NCBI GenBank assembly: GCA_963765895.1
Contig: CAVXZB010000024.1
Coordinates: 1 to 64,000, forward strand
DNA: 64,000 bases
From: an uncultured Nitrososphaeraceae archaeon
Lineage (GTDB): Archaea > Thermoproteota > Nitrososphaeria > Nitrososphaerales > Nitrososphaeraceae
Direction of reading: 5' to 3'
Part shown: in pieces, positions 11,268 through 23,458 of the stretch
How the letters are laid out: each line of letters opens with the position of its first letter
How positions within the stretch are numbered: the first letter of the stretch is position 1
Program-made: the position numbers and the translations under genes
Notes under the pieces: generated by a model
Seen by the model: only the letters and a program-made list of their open reading frames with translations
Told to the model about the DNA's origin: nothing
The model's database searches: none

Positions 11268-11642
11268 CTAATCTTATTGTATCTACCATGAAATATAATG
11301 TTTCAGATGGATTTAGGCGGCTTTTATCAGTTGGCATTTTATAGATAGAGTTCAGATAGATACATTTTCGTCGATGGGGCATGGTAATAACTCGACTTCT
11401 TATCAAATGCTCTAAGGTCTGCAGTGTATCATTCCATTAAGCAACACAAGGCAGTGAAAAACGACGATGCGGAACATCTAGCTAAACCAGTTGCGCAGAG
11501 ATGTACGAAGGTATTCTGAACTGGTCTATAATAGATATAAACTCAATAGACTATTCACAGAGTAACTACCCTATGGATAGAGACAGTAGATCTTTGGCAG
11601 TTATATGATTGTAGAGAGTACTCGAATCTAGCAGAAAAGGGA

Positions 11643-13923
11643 TTAAGTCTTATTAGTGGATCTGGAAGTATTTGTTACGGAATTTGTGTGATTTGCTAGG
11701 TTCGTATTATGATTAGGTTTAGGATTTGAACCGCCACTAATCGGATTAGGCACATAGTCGTGATTTACTTTGTAAACCAAAACAGCAAAGACGAGACCAG
11801 GGGTATTGGTTCTGAAACTAGGTGATGCATATACTAACGAAAAAGGTTGGTTCTTCGTTTCGTTCTGAGGATATTTTATGTTTTCAGTATATAACGCAAA
11901 GCTTCCAGGAGTGTAAGTTGGCTGTAAGACTTGCCGTCCATTTTGAGATGATGCGTAGAATTGCGGGGTAAATGGGATCATCTTACCCAACAATGTGGAA
12001 TTCCAGAATGTGGGAGTAGGGGTAACTCCGTCCTGTTCTAGATAAGTGCTTTCATTAAAGCCACCGATTCTAATGAACCATTGTTTCTTGCTCTCGTCTC
12101 CACCGTTTCCCAAAGCATAGATAGAGCTACCGTTTCCGGCTGCAAACCGTTGTGCAACGATATAGACCAAAACGTAGTCGGCTTTAAGATCTCTGGCCAC
12201 TTTGGCGCCAATGTCAGGTTTGTCCATAAACATTTTAGCTATCGTCGCAATACGGGTTTGATTGATGGTAGCGTTATCCGCGATACTTGTCCTATTTGCT
12301 AATGTAGTAATCCAGTATCCATAGTCCCACCATGATGCAATAACAGATCGCTTTGGGGTGTGCGTTGACATCCAAGCCAGAGTATCTAACCAGTCGTTCG
12401 TTTGAAACTTGTATCCAGTTCCGCCATTGGCAATCGAAGGTGGAATGTCTGCAAGACTTAACCAGCCAGAATTCTGAGGATATATCATGGGGATGGTTAG
12501 TAAGAAAATAATGAGTACCTGTGTAACCAATGAGAATAATGCGATTCTTAGACGGCTGCTCAGTTGACCGCTCAGAAAATTTCCTACCTTTTGACATCTT
12601 TCCGGGCTTTACCTGTCTTGAACTGGCTGAAGAACTGCTCTTGCTCATAAAGCTGCGAGTTATCTCATAAAGTCCCAATCCAGCTAATACGATTATACCA
12701 ATTGATGCAAATACCAAAAGTCTCGCAAACGTAGCACTTACGTAGATAGCAGTTATGCCAATTATCAAGGCAAATATTGAGGATGGAGTCCGATATCTAA
12801 ACGCCATCCAGATCCCTATCCCGGCAAACATTAACAATATCGAATAATTTGTGAAGTAGTCTACCAAGGTGGGCGTAAAGTGCTCAGCAACCGAGGCTGT
12901 GAGAGGGTTTTGAGATGACAAAAAGGGATTTATTGCATTTAGATACCTAAAAGATGCCGGATGATAAGCACCTGCTATTACCACTCCTAACCCTACAACT
13001 ACAAATCCACCGAGCAAAAAAAGTAAATTCCGGGTTTCTTTGCGTTCGCTACTTATCCTTTTTAGGATCTCAGCGCCAATCATAAAAACTGTACCTCCAA
13101 TTAATGCGATACCAGGAAGGCCTAGTATGAACGAGATTCCGGGTCTTGGAAATGCGCCTGCGCTAGCTATCGAAAAGACTGTAAAGGCTATTGCCACATA
13201 GGTAGATATTCTAGTATTTCTTTGGAAGAACGGAAGGGCAATGAAAAATAATGAGATTGGTATACTGAAATACTGAACACCTCCCCAGGAAGCGTTTCCG
13301 AGTCCTAGAAGCAAGCCTCCTAAAACTGCTTTTGGAATCGCATATTTTAATGACTTGTGCTTGATTGCAGATATCAAAAGGTACACTGCGAGCAGACCAA
13401 AGAATAAGCCCAGCGGTTCCGACTTGAACCAGCCAAGATTTCCCCTTTGAATGATAGCTGGCGTAAAGGCGAACAATAATGCTGAGAACATGCCTGCAGT
13501 AGTACCACCAAGTGTCCTCACAAGAGCAAAAATTACTATTGTAGTCAATGAGCCGAGAATGACGGGCAATAGAATAGTAAAATCTAATAAGGAACTTCCA
13601 GCGCCAAAGATCTCGTATAAGTAGGCGGAAACAATATGGAGCCCGGATTGAGAGGTCTTAGGAACATCTCTGCCTTCAGGATACCATGACATCATGTCCT
13701 GCCATTTCCAATATGCATTAAGCCCATGATCTACAATGTATTTAGTAGCGCGATAATCAAAATATGGGTCAAATTCATTAAGATAAAACCCATACTTTAC
13801 AGGATATGAACGCATTATAAAGCCGGTAGCAAAAGCAAGAGCTAAAACCCCGATTACCAAAAGATGTTTTATCTTAAAATCAAAGATGCCCTTGTGGAAT
13901 AAAGTTTTACTTCCTTCAAGCAT
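11643..13923 (-). CDS. aglB: Oligosaccharyltransferase AglB/STT3 (left copy, frameshift near 12520)
   Basis: EFDPY and WWDYG motifs split over two ORFs that join to match 27898..30168. Confidence 0.9.
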
Positions 13924-14205
13924 ATTCTTGGATGTTAATTATTACCGCTTTTTTAAGGTACTGCCAATTGCATCAAGCATGTTTAGCAAACAATATCAAC
14001 TTCTGCCCTGCACAAACGCACTCTAGGATTGGTTCAAGTATTTAGATTTAGATGTGGATCGGTTTTGGTATATCCCAAGGCTTTATTCTAGGTGCTCCTC
14101 TGCATGTTCTAACGGCTGGCCAATCCAGATTATTCAGACAAATTAGTTCCATTCATGGTAGTTTTAGGTGATCTGCCGAATGGTTGTTAATTAGTTTTAA
14201 AAATC

Positions 14206-15324
14206 TCATGCTCCGATCTTCTTTGTTATTGTCAAAATGTCCGAGTCATGAAGTCGGTGATCGAGACCAACTTTCTGGCCAGCAAACTTGACACTCCTTC
14301 CCCACACGTTTGCAAATCGAAATTCCCTTGCCATATTGCGATGGATCTTGTTGCAAACGTCTTCGATGGAGGATCCGTCTCGGACTATCATTGGTTCTTT
14401 GAAATCAGTTTCTCCGCCTTTCGGCCGCATAAATATCTTGATAAATTCGAGTTTTTGATATATTGCTTCCTTTAGCGACCCGATATTAATATTGGCATCT
14501 GCGGAGACAGGCACAAAATTAGATCCTATTTTCGATTGAATTTCTCTTACAAAGCCTTGGTTCACTAAATCGATCTTATTTAATACCATTATTGAAGGAA
14601 TGTACACTCGATTACCATTCAAGATATCAATCAGTTGTTCATCGGTTAACCCTGGTTGCCTAATAATCAAGCGACCGTTATGAAAACCATAGATCCTCAG
14701 GATTTCCTTGATTAATTTTTCTGATATATCTACCTTGACCTGAGTATTTATTGACATTCCTCCTGTAGATGTCTTTTCCAAAGTAACATTTGGAGGCTTT
14801 TCATCTACTCGAATGCCCATATCAAATAATTCCTTTTTTAGCACGGACAAATGATGGGTTTGAAATACATCAAGTACAATCAGGATTAGGTCAGCGCCTC
14901 TAGCAACTGATAATACCCTCTTGCCAAGTCCCTTACCAGAAGCGGCTCCGCCAATTATTCCTGGCATATCGAGTATTTGAATACTGGCGCCATCGTGGTA
15001 CATCATTCCCGGTACAACTGTAAGCGTCGTAAATTGATACGAGGCAACTCTAGATTTTGCATTTGTTAACCTATTTAGCAGAGTCGACTTTCCAACACTT
15101 GGAAGTCCTATAAGGACTACGGTACCATTACCAGTCCTCTTAACATCAAATCCGCTCAAAGCACCTCCAGCTGATATAACCTTCCCGTGAGTATTCTCTT
15201 CCATCTCACGCTTGAGGCGAGCTATTTTAGCCTTTAAAAGGCCAATGTGGAATTCCGTAGCCTTGTTAATTTGGGTTTTGTGAATTTCATCTTCAATGGC
15301 TTTGATCTTCTCTGGAATACCCAT
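14206..15324 (-). CDS. DRG/Obg-family GTPase with TGS domain (left copy)
   Basis: TQINKATEFHIGLLKAK, GLPSVGKS, YQFTTL, DMPG, NKID, C-terminal TGS (VWGRSVKFAGQKVG). Confidence 0.93.
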   Translation of the reverse strand: MGIPEKIKAIEDEIHKTQINKATEFHIGLLKAKIARLKREMEENTHGKVISAGGALSGFDVKRTGNGTVVLIGLPSVGKSTLLNRLTNAKSRVASYQFTTLTVVPGMMYHDGASIQILDMPGIIGGAASGKGLGKRVLSVARGADLILIVLDVFQTHHLSVLKKELFDMGIRVDEKPPNVTLEKTSTGGMSINTQVKVDISEKLIKEILRIYGFHNGRLIIRQPGLTDEQLIDILNGNRVYIPSIMVLNKIDLVNQGFVREIQSKIGSNFVPVSADANINIGSLKEAIYQKLEFIKIFMRPKGGETDFKEPMIVRDGSSIEDVCNKIHRNMAREFRFANVWGRSVKFAGQKVGLDHRLHDSDILTITKKIGA

Positions 15325-15475
15325 AATGACATTTTTTTAGCATATCATCAAATATTACCGTTTCTTGCACGACTAGGACTGCCAATGAATTCAGTGTAAA
15401 TTCCAGTAGCGATGGACACTATAAATCGAATTTTCTAAAACATATCTAGACTTCAACCTACCCGAATGCACGGGG

Positions 15476-16033
15476 TCAGTGCAAAATGTAAGTAAACTTC
15501 AAGGCATCAACTAAGGCAATAGCTGCACAGACACAGGCCATCACCTTCCAAGGAATTGCTGGCAGAGCCGGTGCGCGAAGTTGGATATGATGATTATCAA
15601 TTATGTTTGAAATATAGTCCCGAACCTTTTCATTCCATATGCGATATTCTATCTTGTGCTTGTTAAGTATGGATTCTAATTCGTATATCACGGGAACCCT
15701 GACAAATCTGATATGCTGTATGTATCTTCTGGATATTTCGACCTCTGCTTGAATGGCGATCAAACCATGTTGGTGCATATCCAGGAGTCTGACATGCATT
15801 TCCCATGGTCTCATGAGTTTCTTTGCAAACCCATTACCAATCTGAGCTGCCTTCCTATTTTCGAACTTGACACGGCTAAACCCCTCGGATATCAATGTCC
15901 GGATAATCTCGTCTTTTTTTAATTTGACCGTTATACTTAACTGGTCTAGCTCGATTTCCTCGTGACGAATAAGGCCAACGAGGCCCTTTACGAAGCTTAT
16001 GCGTTTTGGATATTTTGTTAGAAACTCGGACAA
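15476..16033 (-). CDS. Conserved hypothetical protein with C-terminal hydrophobic anchor (left copy, intact)
   Basis: 185-aa ORF with PWEMHVR. The mirror copy at 25787..26345 is split by one indel. Confidence 0.7.
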   Translation of the reverse strand: MSEFLTKYPKRISFVKGLVGLIRHEEIELDQLSITVKLKKDEIIRTLISEGFSRVKFENRKAAQIGNGFAKKLMRPWEMHVRLLDMHQHGLIAIQAEVEISRRYIQHIRFVRVPVIYELESILNKHKIEYRIWNEKVRDYISNIIDNHHIQLRAPALPAIPWKVMACVCAAIALVDALKFTYILH

Positions 16034-16091
16034 TAGGTTACAACTCTGTTCATGGGATATATTAAAACTCTATGAGTCATTATTATTTAAT

Positions 16092-16850
16092 CTATCTAGA
16101 GAATTCATACGCAATATTTCTCATGTATATATCTTGCGAGGGCTCAATAGTCATGTCACGCCAAGTTAGATCCCTCTCAGTACGCTTCATTTGGGCTCCT
16201 CTGATAATTACAGCGGGTATAGATTCATCACTCTCGCCCATAATCATTACACCGATAGTAGCAAAATCATCGGCGATAGCTTTCATTGTAACCCTTAATA
16301 CGTTTCCGAATAGATCCCTCTTTCCTCTTTGGTCTTCAACTGGTTCAAAGCCTGCTCTGCCAATCGCTAAGCCGGTAGTCCCTATCCTAGTTGGCATTAA
16401 GCGACTATCAGAGAAGACGACTGCAAGGTTAACTCCAAGATTAATCCGGAATTTCAACCTCAAATTTTTAGCAAGTAAAAAAGGGTTAACTGGATAAAGA
16501 ACTACTTGGCGCGGCGGTACGTTAGATCTATCAATTCCGGCGTTTGGAGCCAAAATTCCATCCTTGGTTGTTAGAAGATAGCCGGGCATACCCATTAAAA
16601 TACAGTCAGATTCTCTTAGAATTATCTCGGCAAGTTCCTTCTGAATCTGGAATCTCTTTGATATAGCAATTGCCTTCTGACTTACTCTTACTCTATTTAA
16701 AGAAATTAGACATCCCTGACTTACAGATACAAATTTACTTGAAATTACCAAAACATCATTTTCCAAGAAATCGAAACCTGAATTAACTAGATTCATGTAC
16801 AAATCAAATTTTCTAGATTGCCGGGCTAACTTTATGGGTATTACTTCCAA
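16092..16850 (-). CDS. cofE: Coenzyme F420-0:L-glutamate ligase family (left copy)
   Basis: DVLVISSK, PNAGIDRSN, VFSDSR..R.GTTGLAIG, D.RGKRDLFG, MGESDESIP. Confidence 0.85.
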   Translation of the reverse strand: MEVIPIKLARQSRKFDLYMNLVNSGFDFLENDVLVISSKFVSVSQGCLISLNRVRVSQKAIAISKRFQIQKELAEIILRESDCILMGMPGYLLTTKDGILAPNAGIDRSNVPPRQVVLYPVNPFLLAKNLRLKFRINLGVNLAVVFSDSRLMPTRIGTTGLAIGRAGFEPVEDQRGKRDLFGNVLRVTMKAIADDFATIGVMIMGESDESIPAVIIRGAQMKRTERDLTWRDMTIEPSQDIYMRNIAYEFSR

Positions 16851-17085
16851 AATTCTGATGGCAGATGTGTATTTATATCTAGCACTTTTTCTATTTTTCC
16901 ATTCGTTTTGTAATGTTTTCCTGTTTTATCAGTTACCATAAACTCACATGCTGCCGGGTACCTTAAAGAAGTCTCTCTCTAATACAACGGATAATTATGT
17001 GAAAAGAATGTGAAGAGAGATGGACCAAAGTTCATAACGTTTTAATTCACGATCGTGTAAGGTTTACCCGGTGTGGTGATATTCA

Positions 17086-18380
17086 TTGGGAATGACGATT
17101 ACGGAAAAGATTCTGGCAAGGGCATCTGGAAAAAGCGTTGTCTCTCCAGATGAAGTGGTATTTGGTAATGTAGATAATGTAATGATGCACGATGTATCTG
17201 GTCCTGGTGTAATAAAGATCCTGACGGAGTGGGAGAAAAAGGGAAACAAGTTCAATCGAGTTTGGGACCCGGATAAAGTCTGGATTAGCGAGGATCATTT
17301 CGTGCCAGCCTCAGATCGGATATCTGCAGAGAATGTTGCTCTCTTATCAAGATGGACTAAAAAATTTGAGATAAGGCGTCACTTCAAATATGGGTTAGGA
17401 CAGTATGGGATATGCCACACTTTGTCGCACGAAGAAGGACTTGTTCTTCCCGGCCAAGTATACGTCGGAGGCGATTCTCATACTAATACCACCGGTGCGA
17501 CCGGTGCTTTCGCCACTGGTTTGGGGCACACAGATATTGCTTACGTCTTGATGAAAGGAAAAATATGGTTCAAGGTTCCTCAAACGTTACTTTTCAAATT
17601 AAATGGAAGGAAACCTGCGTATATCATGGCAAAGGATATGATTTTGCATATAATCGCTGATATAGGTATAGAAGGGGCCAACTACAAGTCGATGCAGTTT
17701 ACTGGAGATATAATAAAGGAAATCAGTATGGAAGAACGCCTTACTTTAACTAATATGTCGACTGAAGCGGGTGCAAAGAGTGGGATAATTGAACCTGACT
17801 CTGTAACCTACGACTATATAAACAAGCGTACTACATCTAATTACTCACCAATACACGGCGATGATAACGCTCAATATCTAGACATGTATGAGTATGAGAT
17901 TAATAAGCTAGAACCAACTGTTGCCAAACCTTTTTCTCCAGCCAATATCAGTACTGCTAGAGAACTACAAAGTATTGAAATAGATAAGGCCTATATAGGT
18001 TCATGCACTGGCGCTAAATTAGAAGATCTAAGAATGTCAGAAAGGATTCTGGATGGTAAAAAAAGGTGAAAGTGAGACCCGAAGTATTGCCTGTGCCGCT
18101 CAATCAAAATAGATTTGAAAGTTTTGAAAGAGGGTTTAATTCGACATATTTATGCAGGCAGGGGCGGTGAAAGTTGGTCCGCCTACTTGTGGGGCGTGCT
18201 GTGGCGCCCATATGGGTGTGCTTGCAAAGGATGGCAAGTATGCATAAGAATGACAAATAAGAAACTTTCCCGGGCGAATGCCTCATGTCGATTCAAAGAC
18301 CTACCTCGCTTCACCTGTGGTTGTTGGCTGTGTTGGCTTTGAAAGGCATTAATTACCGATCCAAAGGATTTGGACGATTC
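17086..18380 (+). CDS. leuC: 3-isopropylmalate dehydratase/homoaconitase large subunit (left copy, 3' part garbled by indels after ~18065; end approximate)
   Basis: MTITEKILARAS, GICH, GGDSHT, TNMSTEAGAK, IGSCTG. Confidence 0.85.
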
Positions 18381-20936
18381 AACATCAAGAAAAGGCTGAA
18401 GTTCGCAAATATGCTCGCGATAACATTGATACAGGACGTTATTATTCCTGGACGATACGTAAAAATTTCACGATCCAAAAGAATTGGCTATGCATGCCAT
18501 GGAAGGTATCGATCCTGGCTTCCACACCAAGGTATCCCCAGGCCATTTTCTATTATGTGGAGCAAATTTCGGATGTGGCTCCAGCAGGAGAACACGTGCC
18601 AATAGCCCTATCCAAATTAGGTATAAAGGCGATCTTAGCACCCCTCATTCGCAAGGATATTTTACAGAAATGCTGTTGATGGGGGTTATCTCTTGCCAAT
18701 TGAAAGAGAGAGATTCTACATTTGAACAAATAAGATGACAGGAACAAAAATAGATATTGATCTTCAGAATGACAGAATAATTAACCTGGGATAAAAACGA
18801 CAAGTCCTATTCGAATAAAGCCCTTATCAGATATGATAATCAAGATAGTTGAAGCGGGAGGCCTATTATACTATTCAGATGACGAGAAAGGCTCTGCTAG
18901 CTGAAATTCTTAGCAAAGCTAGACATTATGAGCGACTGTGAGAATTATCGAGTTGGATATAGATATTATGAGCAAATATTAGAAGTGTCTTTTCTATCTG
19001 AATTCCTGGATTTATCTGAGAATTTTGAAAAGATACCGGCAAGTAGAATTTATTTAGTGAAAAGGAACGGAATTTATCTATATCAAAGTCATAATTATGT
19101 GAAATTGCTTTCATAATACTCTGAACACGAACAATAAAAATAACTATATAAATCCCATTTACAAGTCACTGCTTATATTGGCACCATTATATCTTTTTAG
19201 AAGAGAATCACAGAAACAAAAATAAAGGAACAAAACGCCTGGGATTGTTCACTTATCCAGGCGTTCACTCATTATTTGATACTTGAGTCTACATAGCCTG
19301 AGCCTGTTATGTTCTGATCCCGTAGCGTTTGCTGCTGCTAGGGTAGCTGCTGCTATACTTTGGAGATCGTTGGACCATCTTACCTTTACTACCTACTACG
19401 TTTAATGGAGTATGTAGGATGTGAAGTCTTTAATTCTCGCCTCCTCCTGTATTCACAGGCTCAATAGCATTTCCTGTGAATGGATAAGAACCAGATTTGT
19501 CCTTTGATCCCAATGTTGCTTGTGTCACAGTATTCTTTCCCATTTTTATGATGTCTCTCATGACTTCCAAATTGCTTTGGTATTGCGGTCTTGTTATTAA
19601 GATTCAGAGCATTCCACTACAACAACCTTTACAGGTTTACTTGCCTGATATGTGAGTATTCCTGAATATACACCTTGTATTATTTCTAGGACTTAAAATA
19701 TGAGCTGAACTTTCTTTTTCATGTCCAGGAAAAATAGCCTTGCTTTTGAGGCTATGAAACCCTGCCAAACAACATTTTTGTTTAATGGAGGTTGATTTTG
19801 GGTAAATTCACCAGTACTTTGCTGACTAGAATTTGAGCTTCCTGAAGTACTTTGAGACGACGGTAATTCATTTGGTGTTACTGCAGTAGTTGATGGTGCA
19901 AGCATGCGTTTCCACCCGCAGAGCCTGAGGGTGATGTTGTATTGTTTTTCGATGCCCCCGCATTGTTGAATTGTTCACTGTTTGTTGGAGCTCATCCGCC
20001 ATGACCTAACGCCTGATGTGAGGGACTTGTGTGCCAGCTGCGTCTTACTGACAAAAGCAGAAATCCAGAGATTGCAATCGTTGTGATTACATACAATTTT
20101 TTCAGTTCATTCTTATGCATTATTAAAAAAAGGCACCGTCTGAAATTTAACTGTTTCATTATTCGCATCTGCAAATAAGTTCGATTTCTTCTTCTATATA
20201 AGAAAATAACCCTCTCAAATGATCTGATCTGGATATCTTATCTTCAAATTATAGATACGTACTTGAATACGCGGAAGGATTATATATCCTGGAGGCACCA
20301 TTACAAAATAAAAAATCTTGCACTGTCTCCCTCCTCGCCAATATGGGTAGCATATCTCCAAACTGGAGTATTCCAGTCAATCCTTACTTGTCTCTTTATT
20401 GTTCGTAAGGCAGCAAATTCCCTAATCAGGCTACCTTTTTTGGGTTTGTCAAGATTCGCAGTACAAAATTGACATATGGAAACTGAGCACTGGCATCCGC
20501 ATTTTTCGTATTTTCGGTGACGACTGGGTATGCAATGCATGCCAATGGACTGTTTCTTCATATATTATAACTCGATAGCCCACATTTGGGGCTCTCAGGT
20601 CTGAATAGGTATCAAGAAAAGGAGACAGTTATCTCCAGTAGCATACCTGTTTTGGATGATCTGATACATTAAAATTTCTTCCAGGACCATCACCAAGGCT
20701 ATTCCTACCAATTACTACTCGTGGGGGCCACACCTTCAATTTCCAAATTATTCCTTCGGGCACTTTCCCTCAATCTTTGATTTTTCGTGTGGTAACAGCA
20801 AGACACCAAATGTGCCAAGTACTCTATTGATGGAAAATATTGTCTATATATACAACAATCTGAACACCCATCGACACATCGAAATTGCTTATACATATAA
20901 GCTCACTATACTTTATGCTATTATACTCAACGCTAT
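18380..20936. other. Error-rich mirror copy of leuD/hacB, the DUF504-like gene, the Ser/Thr-rich secreted protein and the YkgJ-like gene
   Basis: Fragments (AMEGIDPGFHTKVSPG, ENYRVGY, NKNVVWQGF, FRCVDGCSDCC) match the right-arm genes but with dense indels. Confidence 0.8.
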
Positions 20937-20982
20937 CAGGATTTATCACCATATAGTGTTGAGTATAATAGCATAAAGTATA

Positions 20983-21566
20983 GTGAGTGATATGTATAAG
21001 CAATTTCGATGTGTCGATGGGTGTTCAGATTGTTGTAGATATAGACAATATTTTCCATCAAGAGAGGCAACGGTAAAACTGGTGTCTTGCTGTTACCACA
21101 CGAAAAATCAAAGATTGAGGAAAGTGCCCGAAGGAATAATTTGGAAATTAAAATCCTGCCACGAGTAGGAATAGGTAGGAATAGCCTTGGTGATGGTCCT
21201 GAAGAAATTTTAATGTATCAGATCATGGGAAGGGACGCTACTGGAGATAACTGTCCTTTTCTTGATACCTATTTAGACCTGAGAGCCCCAAATGGGGGCT
21301 ATCGATGTATAATTTATGAAGAACGTCCATTGGCATGCCGTGCATACCCAGTCACCGAAAATACGAATAATCGGGATCCAGTGCTAGATTCCAGATGTCA
21401 ATTTTATACTGCGAATCTTGACAAACCCAAAAAAGGTAGCCTGATTAGGGAATTAGCTCCCTTACGAACAATAAAGAGACAAGTAAGGATTGACAGGAAT
21501 ACTCCAGTTTGGAGATATGCTACCCATATTGGCGAGGAGCGGAGACAGTGCAAAATTTTTTCCTGA
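20983..21566 (+). CDS. YkgJ-family Cys-cluster (zinc/iron-chelating) protein, frameshift near 21060-21090
   Basis: FRCVDGCSDCC, CPFLD, C.IYEERPLACRAYP. Confidence 0.8.
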
Positions 21567-21748
21567 GGGATGGCTCCTCCAGGATATATAATCCCTCCAC
21601 ATTCAAATACGTATCTATAATTTGAAGATAAGATATCCAGATCAGATCATTTAAAGAAGGGTTATTTTCTTATAGAAGAAGAAATCGAACTTATTTGCAG
21701 ATACGAATAATGAAACAGTTAAATTTCAGACGGTGCCCTTTTTTAATA

Positions 21749-22570
21749 ATGCATAAGAATGAACTGAAAAAATCGTATCTAATAGCAACGATTGCAATCT
21801 CTGGATTTCTGCTTTTGTCAGTAACAGCAGTCTGGCACACAGTCCTCACATCAGGCATTTGCACAAGGCGGATCAGCTCCGACAAACAGTGAACAATTCA
21901 ACAATGCGGGGGCATCGAATAACAATACAACATCATCCTCAGGCTCTACGGGTGGAAACGCATCAAGCCCATCGACTACTGGAGTAACACCAAATGAATT
22001 ACCGTCTTCTCAAAGTACTTCAGGAAGCTCAAATTCTAGTCAGCAAAGAACTGGTGCGTCAACTCAAAATCAACCACCATTAAACAAAAATGTTGTTTGG
22101 CAGGGTTTCATAGCCTCAAAACCGAGCGTATATTCCTGGACATGAAAAAGAAAGTTCAGCTCCCATTTTAAGTCCTAGAAATGATCAAGGTGTATATTCA
22201 GGAATACTCACATATCAGGCAAGTAAGCCTGTAAAGGTTGTTGTATGGAATACTGTGAATCTTAATAACAAGACCGCAATACCAAAGCAATTTGGAAGTC
22301 AAGAAGACATGATAAAAATGGGAAAGAATACTGTCTCATTGACAACGTTGGGATCAAAGGACAAATCTGGTTCTATTCCATTCACAGGAAATGCTATTGA
22401 GCTTGTCAATACAGGAGGAGGCAAGAATAAAGATTTCACAGCCTACATACTCCGTAAACGTAGTAGGTAGTCAAGGTAAGATGGTCAACAATCTCCAAAG
22501 TATAGGAGTATCGGATTAGCGGCAAACGCTACGGGATCAAACTCAACAGGCTCGTGGCTAAATAGACTCA
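21749..22570 (+). CDS. Putative secreted Ser/Thr/Asn/Gln-rich protein (fragmented by indels; end approximate)
   Basis: Signal-peptide-like MHKNELKKSYLIATIAISGFLLLSV, then a low-complexity S/T/N/Q stretch and a globular part (VVWQGF..GSIPFTGNAIEL). Recognisable in both arms. Confidence 0.55.
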
Positions 22571-22716
22571 AGTAGCAAAGATCGTGAATGCCTGGATAAC
22601 TGAAAAATCCCAGGCTTTTATTCCTTTATTTTTGTTTCTGTAATTCTGTTCTAAAAGGAGAGATTAGTGTCATTATAAGAAGTGACTTGTAAATCAGATT
22701 AGTATAGTTATTTTTA

Positions 22717-22968
22717 TTATTCGTGTTCAGATACCGATGAAAGCAATTTCATATAATTATAACTTTGATATATATAAATTCCGTTCCTTTTCACGAAATA
22801 AATTCTACTTGCCGGTATCTTTTCAAAATTCTCAGATAGATCCAGGAATTCAGATAAAGACACTTCTAATATTTGCTCATAATCTCTATATCCAACTCGA
22901 TAATTCTCACAGTCGTCATAATGTCTAGCTTTGCTAAGAATTTCAGCTAGCAGACCCTTTCTCGTCAT
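22717..22968 (-). CDS. DUF504/MJ1316-like small protein
   Basis: MTRKGLLAEILSKAR..YRVGYRD..IPASRIYFVKRNG resembles the MJ1316/DUF504 IP.HRI pattern. Overlaps the leuD 3' end. Confidence 0.65.
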   Translation of the reverse strand: MTRKGLLAEILSKARHYDDCENYRVGYRDYEQILEVSLSEFLDLSENFEKIPASRIYFVKRNGIYIYQSYNYMKLLSSVSEHE

Positions 22969-23458
22969 CTGAATAGTATAACAGGCCTCCCGCTTCAACG
23001 ATCTTGATTATCATATCTGATAAGGGTTTTATTCGATAGGACTTGTCGTTTTTATCCAGGTTAATTATTCTGTAGTTCTGAAGATCAATATCTATTATGT
23101 TCCCGTCATCTATTTGCTCAAGTGTAGACCTCTCTATTTCAATTGGCAAGAGATAACCCCCATCAACGGCGTTTCTGTAAAATATCCTTGCGAATGAGGG
23201 TGCTAAGATTGCCCTTATACCTAATTTGGATAGGGCTATTGGCGCGTGTTCTCTGCTGGAGCCACATCCGAAATTTGCTCCACATAATAGAAAATCGCCT
23301 GGGGATACCTTGGTGTGGAAGCCAGGATCGATACCTTCCATGGCATGCATAGCCAATTCTTTTGGATCGTGAATTTTTAGGTATGGTCCAGGAATAATAA
23401 CGTCTGTATCAATGTTATCGCGAGCATATTTGTGAACTCGGCCTTTCTTGATGTTCAA
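22943..23458 (-). CDS. leuD: 3-isopropylmalate dehydratase/homoaconitase small subunit
   Basis: DNIDTDVIIPGPYL, NFGCGSSREHA, SFARIFYRNA. Confidence 0.9.
   Translation of the reverse strand: MNIKKGRVHKYARDNIDTDVIIPGPYLKIHDPKELAMHAMEGIDPGFHTKVSPGDFLLCGANFGCGSSREHAPIALSKLGIRAILAPSFARIFYRNAVDGGYLLPIEIERSTLEQIDDGNIIDIDLQNYRIINLDKNDKSYRIKPLSDMIIKIVEAGGLLYYSDDEKGSAS

Noticed and set aside
20900-20990. Hairpin telomere or protelomerase site of a linear replicon at the palindrome centre
   Set aside because: No protelomerase or replication genes are nearby, and the fold falls in an ordinary promoter region among housekeeping genes. The loop is in the noisiest sequence, and the ONT adapter at the arm start explains the mirror more simply.
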